This document shows, one piece after another, positions 31,003 to 38,530 of a DNA stretch of 38,530 nt (its first letter is position 1; each line of letters begins with the position of its first letter). The stretch comes from a virus (Duplodnaviria; Caudoviricetes): IMG/VR virus record IMGVR_UViG_3300049455_000021, positions 1-38,530 of that record. One strand, written 5' to 3'. The notes below the pieces were generated by a model. That model saw only the letters and a program-made list of their open reading frames with translations. It did not search any database and was not told the DNA's origin. Made by a program: the position numbers and the translations under genes.

Positions 31003-33696
31003 CTAAAGGGCTACGATGGATGGCTGTTGCAGGCGGACGTCGGTACCCGTGACCTGCGGCTTGACGACGCCGTTGACGCTCCGGACCACCGTCATCTGCT
31101 GCGGCAACGATGTGTACGAGCTCGCCGCGACGAGGACCACGTCATCGACGTACAGGGCGGTGCCAGTGGGCGGCGACGATGAGATCGTCGGCCCGTAATC
31201 GGCAAACGCCGCAGACGCCGGGGCCGTGGCCGTACAGGTGAGCAGGGTCCACACCCCGGCCGAGATCGCCTGTGCCGTCCCCGTGGACGTGCTCAGGTAG
31301 CCGTGGCCGCTGTCGTTCCAGTCGATCGCCGCAACCACACTGGAATACCCGATGGGCGAGTACACCCACATCGAGCACCGATAGCTCTGGCCGACCGTGA
31401 CCGGGGCGTCATGGGTGCTGTCCGGCCGCACGTACGCCTGACTCGGCGACCCGGTGACGGTGAGGAGCCCGGAGTAGGCGCCGCGGTAGGCGTGGTCGGC
31501 GGACTGGACGAACGTGGCGCTCGTGGCCGTCCAGCCGGTGACGCCGGTCTCGAAGGTGCCGTCAGCGGTCCCGAGGGTTTGGCCGGCGGCGTACGCGGTG
31601 ACCCGCTCCCCGCCGATCGTGAGGTCGAACGGGTAGTCAGTTGGGTCGACGGTCCACGTCGGCCCGGCAGTGACGGCGATGCTCACGGTCGTGCCGGCGG
31701 GGGTCAGGTCGGCGGCCAGCGCGCTGCCGTCCGTGTCCACCCGGCCGAACACTGGGTCGTCGGTCACCGCGATCCGGTACGGGGACTCCGGGGCGCAGTT
31801 CCAGCTGATGCGGTGCTGGAACTGGTCGATGGTCTCCGAGTAGCCGAGGATGAGCTGGCTGACCGCGTCGGGCGGCAGGAACGTGGGCATGCCGCTGATC
31901 GTCAGCCGGTCGCCGGGCCGCAGGCCGAGCGCCTGGATACCCAGCGTCGTGCTCGCCGTGAACGACGGATGCGCGAGGTTCACCGAGATCTTCGGATACC
32001 GAGCCTCGTCCACCGTGCCAAGGTGCAGCCGCCACCCCGCCTGATCAGCAAGGGTCGTGTCCGACTGCACGTTGACGGTCGGCGTATCCGGGTAAGGGCC
32101 GACGCCGGCCGGCGGTGGCAGTACGGACAGGGCGCCGCTCGTGAGCGTGGCCCGCGCCGACGAGCCGCCGGGACGGCTCACCGTGACGTCGTTGCGGGTG
32201 GTCTGGTCATCGTCGGTCGGAGCGGGCACCTCGGACAGGTTGAACGCGCTGTACGACAGCGCGAGCGCGGCCGACTGGTTCTCCAAAGACACGCGGGTTC
32301 GGTAGCCGAGCCCGAGCGCACCGGTCTGCTCGTACAGGATGCCGCCGTCCGCCGTCACGGCCTCATCGATGAGCGCCGCGATAGTGGAGTTGGTCTGCAC
32401 GCCCATCGCCACCGTGTCGGACGCGTTACCGATCTGCTCATACCCGACGCCGGCAAGCGCGCACAGCCGCAGAATACGGGCCGCCGCCGTCTCCCCGGCG
32501 AACGCGTTGAGCTCCTGGGTGCGGCTGAAGAGCGTGCCCCCAGTTTGCACGCTGATGTGGCCGATGACCGCGCCCGTGAGCCCCCGGCCGGGCGTCATGC
32601 TGACAGAGGTGATCGACCCGAGGGTGTTGGCCGACACCGTGCCGGACACCCCTCCGAAATTGACTTGTCCGACCTGTTGAAGGTTGAAGTCGTAGTTGAC
32701 GTCCGGCCCGACCTGCGCGAAGTCCATGGTGGCCTGATACAGCACACCGTCCACCGGGCCCGCGCCGGGACCGCTGTCGACCACCAGCGTCCCCGTCGAG
32801 TTGTAGCCCCGAATGCCCAGGAAGCCCCCGGAGGCGCTGCTGTAGTACACCTCCCAGCTCCGGATCGTGCCGGACGTGGACGCCGTACAGACGACCTGCC
32901 CGTTCGTCGATCCGCCGCTCGGCAAGGACAGCAGGAAGCGGACCGCCGCGTCGAAGTCACCCGCCGAGCTGGTGATATAGGACGGCACGGCACCTGTAAA
33001 GGCCCCGGCGCCCATCGTCGGCAGCGCAGTGGAGCACACGAACGCGGTGGAGTTGGCCAGCGTCGGGGTGCCCTGGACGCCCATCGGTGGGCCGCCGATC
33101 GCCGACGCAAGGACGGTCGCACCGGACGCGTCCTCACACGGCCAGTACGCGACCACAGTCCCCTGCTGGGCCAGCGACGCCAGGGCCGTGTACATCGTCG
33201 AGCCGACCGGCGATTCGCCCTGCCTGAGGCGTCGGAGGATGCCCGCCGCCTCGACGTCCACCCATACATCCGTGCCGGTGGAGTCCCACTTCTGCGGCCA
33301 CGACGCCACCTCACCCCAGAACCGGTACGCCTTGTTGAGGCCGCTCTGGACACTCACCCGCAGCGGCGTGTTGCGCCCCAGCACCCCGAAGTACGGGCTC
33401 ATCGGGTTCCGGGGTGAGAACGCCCCGTTGCGGTTGTTCAGCTGGAAGCGGCATGACGCCGGGTCGGTCTGCGCGCCCTCGTTGGGCTTCCCTCGGGTGA
33501 CGGCGACGTTGCCGCCGCCGTCGCGGACCATCACCAGGCTGGTGATATCGACCCACAGGCCGCCCACGTACAGCTCGACCTGGACGGCGGCGCCGGACGG
33601 GCTCTCGCCACTGCCAGCGGACACAGGTCCGAGCGGGCCGGCTTGGCCGCCGAGGCGGCGCTGCCAGCCCGCAACGAGCGGGGCAACCGGCGGCAC
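31003..33696 (-). CDS. large minor tail protein with carbohydrate-binding insert
   Basis: LNNRNGAFSP, YWPCED, RNDVTV; C-terminal GTFETGVTGW..VGQSYRCSMWV CBM4/9-like. Confidence 0.8.
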   Translation of the reverse strand: MPPVAPLVAGWQRRLGGQAGPLGPVSAGSGESPSGAAVQVELYVGGLWVDITSLVMVRDGGGNVAVTRGKPNEGAQTDPASCRFQLNNRNGAFSPRNPMSPYFGVLGRNTPLRVSVQSGLNKAYRFWGEVASWPQKWDSTGTDVWVDVEAAGILRRLRQGESPVGSTMYTALASLAQQGTVVAYWPCEDASGATVLASAIGGPPMGVQGTPTLANSTAFVCSTALPTMGAGAFTGAVPSYITSSAGDFDAAVRFLLSLPSGGSTNGQVVCTASTSGTIRSWEVYYSSASGGFLGIRGYNSTGTLVVDSGPGAGPVDGVLYQATMDFAQVGPDVNYDFNLQQVGQVNFGGVSGTVSANTLGSITSVSMTPGRGLTGAVIGHISVQTGGTLFSRTQELNAFAGETAAARILRLCALAGVGYEQIGNASDTVAMGVQTNSTIAALIDEAVTADGGILYEQTGALGLGYRTRVSLENQSAALALSYSAFNLSEVPAPTDDDQTTRNDVTVSRPGGSSARATLTSGALSVLPPPAGVGPYPDTPTVNVQSDTTLADQAGWRLHLGTVDEARYPKISVNLAHPSFTASTTLGIQALGLRPGDRLTISGMPTFLPPDAVSQLILGYSETIDQFQHRISWNCAPESPYRIAVTDDPVFGRVDTDGSALAADLTPAGTTVSIAVTAGPTWTVDPTDYPFDLTIGGERVTAYAAGQTLGTADGTFETGVTGWTATSATFVQSADHAYRGAYSGLLTVTGSPSQAYVRPDSTHDAPVTVGQSYRCSMWVYSPIGYSSVVAAIDWNDSGHGYLSTSTGTAQAISAGVWTLLTCTATAPASAAFADYGPTISSSPPTGTALYVDDVVLVAASSYTSLPQQMTVVRSVNGVVKPQVTGTDVRLQQPSIVAL

Positions 33697-33699
33697 GAG

Positions 33700-34206
33700 T
33701 TACTCGTCCCAGGTGACGAACGTGGTCAGATTGCTCGCGCTGGTGGCGAACGTCGCCCGGACCCGCAGGAACTTCGAGACCGCGATGATGGGCCGCTCGT
33801 CCGGCATCCACTGGTAGTAGTACGTCAGATCCGTCGCGCCCGCCGAGAGGGGGATCTGCTTGACGTCGAAGACCCGGGACGCGGTGGTGCTGCCCTCGAC
33901 GGTCGCGGTGTAGCCGGTATTCGCGGTACCGAGCGTCAGCAGCGACGCCGGGGCGTTCGGGTCCAGCGGCTGCACACCAGACGCCACATGGGCAGTCACG
34001 GTCGCTGCCACGTCCGTCTGCAGGAGCTCCACCACCGACGCGGCGCCGGGCGCCACGTCCAGGGAGAAGCCCCAGGAGATGAGCTGAATCTGACGGGTCG
34101 ACGGCGTCGACAGCTGCAGCATGGTCTTGATGGCGGTGCCGGTGGCCACCTTCGCCTGCGCGGCGGTGGTCGGCATGGGGCCGTTCCAACAGCGGTAGCG
34201 ATGCAT
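33700..34206 (-). CDS. minor tail protein (putative)
   Basis: Beta-rich, directly after the tape measure gene. Confidence 0.65.
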   Translation of the reverse strand: MHRYRCWNGPMPTTAAQAKVATGTAIKTMLQLSTPSTRQIQLISWGFSLDVAPGAASVVELLQTDVAATVTAHVASGVQPLDPNAPASLLTLGTANTGYTATVEGSTTASRVFDVKQIPLSAGATDLTYYYQWMPDERPIIAVSKFLRVRATFATSASNLTTFVTWDE

Positions 34207-34215
34207 CGTTTCTCC

Positions 34216-36840
34216 CTACGGGCCGAGGACGGTCTGGACGTTGCCGCCCCTGATCCGGATGTTCTTACGAAGCCAGGACATGAACTCGTCGCCGGCGTTC
34301 CCGCCGACCCACTCGACCTTGAGCGACTGCTCCCCGCCGTGACCCATCCCGGCCGCCATCCGCTGACTGTCCGGGTTGGAGTGCACCGTCGACCCCACCG
34401 GCAGGGTCACCAGCTCCGGGCCGTGCTCGCCGACCCACGTCATGCCGCCCCGGGCGCCGCCCGTGGCCGCGCCGCCGATGATCCCGCCGTGCGCGTAGTT
34501 GCCGCCGTGGTGCCCGTACTGGTCACCGTTGTTGTAGACGTAGTCGGTGGTGACCGTGACCGTCTTGTCGGGAATCCGCAGGATCGAGTCAGCCAGGTTG
34601 TTCGCGTCGTCCGCCGACAGGCCCATCGCCTCCGCAAGAGCGATCAGCTTCTGACGACCCTGGTCATAGATCGCCATGGCATCAGCCTGAGAACCGCCAC
34701 TCTTCAAAGTGGCCTCAGTAGCCGCTTCGGTCTTCGCCGCGAGATCGGAAAGCGCCCCCTCCTCGTTGCGAGACGCCTCCGTCGTCAGGTCCAACTTCCC
34801 GCTGACGAAGTGCAACGCCCGTCCGTTATCGTCCAGCGCTTTCGTGCCAGCAGCGATCGACGCCTCGAACCCGGCCTGAGCGTCCAACGCCCCACGCTCA
34901 GTGTCGTTGAGGTCGAGGATCGCCTCCTTCAGGCCCTCAGCAGTCAGCTCCTGTGCTTTCAGCTGAGCGGTCGTGGTGACAGCCTGCGACCCGAATGCGC
35001 CCATGCTGTCGGCGGTGAGCTTGTTCATCAGGTTCAGGTCATCAAGGGCGCCGCTGTACTTGCTGAGATCCCCTGCGATCTCCGACGGCTTCTTCCCCTG
35101 CGCTGCCAACGCGTCCTGGAACCGCTTCACAGCGGAGGCCGCCAGATCGGCGTGACCGCTTTTCACCAGATTTGCGAGGCTCTCATCGACCGCGTTGATC
35201 TTGTCCTTCGCGTCTACGATCCCCTTCTGCTGCATCTGCCCGAACGACAGGACCTTGTTGACCTGCTCCATCACGGAGAGCTTCCCGCCGACCTTGTCAA
35301 CGGCCGCGCCGATCCCCTCGAGGTTCTTCCCGAGGGTCTTCGCGAGCTCCCCGGTGACGACCCCGGAGTTACCGAACTTAGTGAGGGCGGACGTCATCCT
35401 GTCGATATCGGGTGGCGCGGACTTGCCCAGATCAGCGAGCTGCCCGATGACGACCAGCGCAAGGCCAATGCCGGTAGCGGCTACTGCGACCTTCGCTTCG
35501 ATGCCCAGCGTCGTGAACGCCACCGCGAGGCCCTTCAAGCCGCCACCGGCAGCCAGCGACGCTTCCTGCAGCTCGAGGATCCTGACGCGGGTCATCACCA
35601 TGACGTCACCGGTGAACTTGACGACCGTGGCGAGAGTCCCGAACAGGGCGTTGATCTTGGACAGGGCGCTGAACGCCATCATCCCGGCGAGCAACGTCCC
35701 CGTCGCTGCTGCGGCAGCGAGGGCAGCGTCCTTGTGCTCCCGGATGAATCCGATCAACTCCTGGATCTTCGGGATGACCTTCTCTCCGACGGAGATCCCG
35801 AATACCTTCAGCTTCTCCTCGAGACTCGCCATCTGGAAGGCGAACGTGTGCGTTGTCGCCTCCCACGCCGCCGAGAAGTTGTTCGCCCCAGCCTTCAGCG
35901 CCGGGTACTTCGACTCCAGGCGGTCCATCTGCGACATGAGGACGTTCAGGCCCGCGCCGGCCTTCCGCCCGAAAGCTTCCGTGATGATCTGACCCTGCTG
36001 GTCTGCCGAGATGCCGGCCTTCTGCATCCGGTCTCGGAGATCCTCCAGGGCCAGCTTCAGGCCACCCTTCTGCATGTCGTCGGCGAGTGTCGACTGCGTC
36101 AACCCGAGGCGCTTGAGGGCGTCCGCTCCGCTCGCAACGGGCTTTGCAAGCGCCTGAACGGACATGCGGAGCTGCGTGCCGGCCGCCGCGCCGCGGATGT
36201 TGTTGTCGCCGAACGTGGCCAGGGCCGCGCCGACGTCCATGATGTTCAGGCCGAAGCCCTTGACGGTGGCGACCATGCCGCCGCCAAACGCGGCCGCGAG
36301 GTCCTGCATTTTCATGTCGCCGACGCCGACGGTCGCGTTGAGGACACCCATCGCCTGGTCGAAATCCTGCACGCCGGGGATGCCCGAAGCGACGGCGGCG
36401 GTAAGGGCGTTGGTGACGTCCACGAGGTTGGCGTGGCCGACGGTGGCGCCCTTCGCGGCGGTCTCCGTCAGGTGCAGGGCCTTCTCCGAGGTGATGCCCA
36501 TCGACTCGAAGTTCGATTCGACATGGAACAGCGACTCGGCGAGCGAGTCCGGGTCCTGCGCGACCTTCCCTGACAGGGCAAGGACACCCCTCGACAGTCC
36601 GGCGATCTTGTCCTGCGACACGCCCGCCTGCGTGTTCAGGAGAGCCATCTCCGAGTCGAACTTGGAGGCCATGCGGACGGACTCGCCGAGGAACCCGACC
36701 ACCGCGACAGCCCCGAGTGCTGCCGTCTTGTTCAGCTTCGACATGGCCGACTCCATGCCCGTCGCGCCGGCCTTCGCCTCAGCAAACGCGGGCGCGGACA
36801 GGTTCTTGGCCGTCACCAGGATCTCGACGATGTTCGTCAC
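34216..36840 (-). CDS. tape measure protein, TP901 family
   Basis: 874 aa Ala/Gly-rich helical; AGTQLR motif; VGEHGPELV near the C-terminus. Confidence 0.93.
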   Translation of the reverse strand: MTNIVEILVTAKNLSAPAFAEAKAGATGMESAMSKLNKTAALGAVAVVGFLGESVRMASKFDSEMALLNTQAGVSQDKIAGLSRGVLALSGKVAQDPDSLAESLFHVESNFESMGITSEKALHLTETAAKGATVGHANLVDVTNALTAAVASGIPGVQDFDQAMGVLNATVGVGDMKMQDLAAAFGGGMVATVKGFGLNIMDVGAALATFGDNNIRGAAAGTQLRMSVQALAKPVASGADALKRLGLTQSTLADDMQKGGLKLALEDLRDRMQKAGISADQQGQIITEAFGRKAGAGLNVLMSQMDRLESKYPALKAGANNFSAAWEATTHTFAFQMASLEEKLKVFGISVGEKVIPKIQELIGFIREHKDAALAAAAATGTLLAGMMAFSALSKINALFGTLATVVKFTGDVMVMTRVRILELQEASLAAGGGLKGLAVAFTTLGIEAKVAVAATGIGLALVVIGQLADLGKSAPPDIDRMTSALTKFGNSGVVTGELAKTLGKNLEGIGAAVDKVGGKLSVMEQVNKVLSFGQMQQKGIVDAKDKINAVDESLANLVKSGHADLAASAVKRFQDALAAQGKKPSEIAGDLSKYSGALDDLNLMNKLTADSMGAFGSQAVTTTAQLKAQELTAEGLKEAILDLNDTERGALDAQAGFEASIAAGTKALDDNGRALHFVSGKLDLTTEASRNEEGALSDLAAKTEAATEATLKSGGSQADAMAIYDQGRQKLIALAEAMGLSADDANNLADSILRIPDKTVTVTTDYVYNNGDQYGHHGGNYAHGGIIGGAATGGARGGMTWVGEHGPELVTLPVGSTVHSNPDSQRMAAGMGHGGEQSLKVEWVGGNAGDEFMSWLRKNIRIRGGNVQTVLGP

Positions 36841-37055
36841 TCGGGGGTGTCCCTCCTTCCCAGGTTCGTAATCTCCAGCAGGCGAAGCATCCCGGCGGGC
36901 TCAGCGAGGATCTCCGACGGAAGCTTGTGCCAGCGGTCGCACAGGGCGATGACGGTTTCGGCGTGGATCAGCTCGCGAGGCTTTCGGACGGGACGTCCAT
37001 CGGAATCGACGCCTCCAGCGACGGCTGCCCATCGCTGGAGGTCGGCGACAAAGGG
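36837..37055 (-). CDS. tail assembly chaperone -1 frameshift extension (gpGT-like)
   Basis: CCCTTTG at 37055-37049; -1 frame open to a TGA overlapping the tape measure GTG; LCDRWHKLPSEI. Confidence 0.7.
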   Translation of the reverse strand, partial: PFVADLQRWAAVAGGVDSDGRPVRKPRELIHAETVIALCDRWHKLPSEILAEPAGMLRLLEITNLGRRDTPE

Positions 37056-37384
37056 GCAGAAATCCCCACGAGCGCATCAGTCCACGCGTCCATCACGCAG
37101 CTGTTGAACCGATGCCCGAGCGACAGCACCCCGTCGATCGTCATGGGGATCGGCTGGCCCTGCTTGTCCACGGCGTTCCAGGACACCAGCGCGCCAGCGA
37201 AAATCTCCACCGTCCGCAGGCGTGCCGCTTCGCCCTCCGGGCCGCCCTTCGCTGCGGTCTTCTCCGCACCGAGGAACTCCCACAGCTCGCCGGTGCTGAG
37301 CTCGGACGCTGATACCTCCAGGCCCGCGTACTTGGGGTCCTTGAACACCAGCTTGTAGACGTCCCGTTCAACAACGAAACCCAT
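36968..37384 (-). CDS. tail assembly chaperone (gpG-like)
   Basis: Between the tube and tape measure genes; LVSWN motif. Confidence 0.8.
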   Translation of the reverse strand: MGFVVERDVYKLVFKDPKYAGLEVSASELSTGELWEFLGAEKTAAKGGPEGEAARLRTVEIFAGALVSWNAVDKQGQPIPMTIDGVLSLGHRFNSCVMDAWTDALVGISAPLSPTSSDGQPSLEASIPMDVPSESLAS

Positions 37385-37386
37385 GA

Positions 37387-37803
37387 TCAACTCCAGACAG
37401 GGACGGTGCCATCCGCCAAGACGCCAGGCACCGAAAACGTGAGCTCGCCGGACGCCGACCGGGACAACGGGTAGTCGGTGTACAGCACCTCGTTGGCGAG
37501 AGTGACGCCGTTGACGGTGAGCGTGGTGGTGCGGTTCACCGACGTGGACGGCACGGTCTTGAACACGGCGTGGGACTGGTTCGCCGCCGCGTTGAACACG
37601 CCCTTCAGCGTGATGCTGAAGTCGGCGAGCAGCAGCAGCCGCTCCATCGCGGACTTGTCGATTCCGGTGACGTCCTGCACCGCGCGCGGAGTCGCGAACT
37701 GCAGGTCCGTAATGTCGTTCTTGATGGCCTGCGGCGTGCCGCTCGAGTCATCGATCGAGCACGTAGTCCAGCCGAGTCCGGACGCCTTCGAAATTTGAAC
37801 CAC
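37387..37803 (-). CDS. tail tube-like protein (start uncertain)
   Basis: KASGLG..QDVTGIDKSAMERLLLLADFSITLKGVFN..GTVPVWS. Confidence 0.7.
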   Translation of the reverse strand: MVQISKASGLGWTTCSIDDSSGTPQAIKNDITDLQFATPRAVQDVTGIDKSAMERLLLLADFSITLKGVFNAAANQSHAVFKTVPSTSVNRTTTLTVNGVTLANEVLYTDYPLSRSASGELTFSVPGVLADGTVPVWS

Positions 37804-37843
37804 GACCCTTCTGAGGATGTGCTGCAGGGGAGATTGGGGCAGA

Positions 37844-38068
37844 TCAGATGCGCGGCGGCCACGCCCAGTTGTGTGGCGCTGCACCGTCGAGTGACTCGAC
37901 ATGAGTGACCGACGTGCGCCACAGGAGGTTCTCGCTATCCGCGAGCACACGGACGTTGATGCAGGTGTCCGACCAAACCCGCGTGACGACCGCCGGGGCG
38001 ACGTCGGCCCCGTTGTTCGTCGTCGGATCCATCGGCACGAGGACGATGCGTCCTACGGATGGCTTCAT
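37844..38068 (-). CDS. small hypothetical phage protein
   Basis: MKPSVGRIV..PAVVTRV..WAWPPR; GAGGGG RBS. Confidence 0.7.
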   Translation of the reverse strand: MKPSVGRIVLVPMDPTTNNGADVAPAVVTRVWSDTCINVRVLADSENLLWRTSVTHVESLDGAAPHNWAWPPRI

Positions 38069-38073
38069 GCTGA

Positions 38074-38517
38074 TCAGCCCCTCTCTACCTGGTCGGCGAT
38101 CCGCAGTTGGTGCTCGCCGAAGTCCTCGACCCAGTCGGCCGCGTTCTGGTGCGTGCGCTGCCGGCCGGTGGGGTTGCCCCGCCAGTCGCCGTCAGCGACG
38201 AGGTACAGCTCCGGCCGGTCCAGGCGCACCTGGTGGCTGTCGGAGTCGAAGCACTTCTGGCCGGCCTCGAACGTGAACCGCGTCAGGCCGGACTCCAGGC
38301 GAGCCTCGGTGAAGCCCCGGCCGGACTGTCGGCGGATGTAGTGCGCCTGCTGCTGGCCGAGGACCGTCGACTCGTCGATCGTCGACTCCCAGCCGTGCAG
38401 GTAGGCGCCGCAGTCCGCCTCGGCACACGTTCCGGGCCGGAAGTGCGTCGACTACGGGGACACGATCCGGTACGTCTTGTACGCCTCGACGGGCATGTTC
38501 GGCGTGATCCGGTTCAT
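38074..38517 (-). CDS. hypothetical tail-module protein (147 aa)
   Basis: Not in ORF track; MNRITPNMPVEAYKTY...DWVEDFGEHQ; TGATG overlap with an upstream gene ending VTF. Confidence 0.7.
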
Positions 38518-38530
38518 CAGAAGGTCACCC

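Noticed and set aside
31303-36573. Long + strand ORFs (704 aa, 976 aa) and similar ones at 7977, 11903, 14556, 27054
   Set aside because: Antisense shadows of real minus-strand genes; expected in high-GC DNA and lacking recognisable motifs

Overview
The window is about 38.5 kb of a high-GC temperate siphovirus genome, probably from a Streptomycetaceae-type host (host is inferred from gene content and GC). Most genes run on the minus strand. Read from right to left the order is: tail module (tube protein, frameshifted chaperone, TP901-type tape measure, minor tail proteins); a secreted GH43-like glycosidase; a three-part lysin set plus holin and membrane genes; an accessory region (lipoprotein, XRE-helical-repeat regulator with a small operon, XRE gene beside a hairpin-rich non-coding cluster); an intact attP carrying the 3' half of tRNA-Arg(CCT); tyrosine integrase; repressor/Cro/Xis switch; early genes (YqaJ exonuclease, ERF annealase, replication initiator with six iterons, helicase loader-like); a frameshifted, dual-coded C5 DNA methyltransferase; LuxR-type HTH; T4 Rnl1-type RNA ligase; a divergent HTH/solo-WYL cassette; and at the left edge a plasmid-like Spd/DUF2637-type membrane module with clustered 8-bp repeats. 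Phage genes flank attP on both sides, so this looks like the free or excised form. All product calls come from motif recognition by eye; no database search was run.
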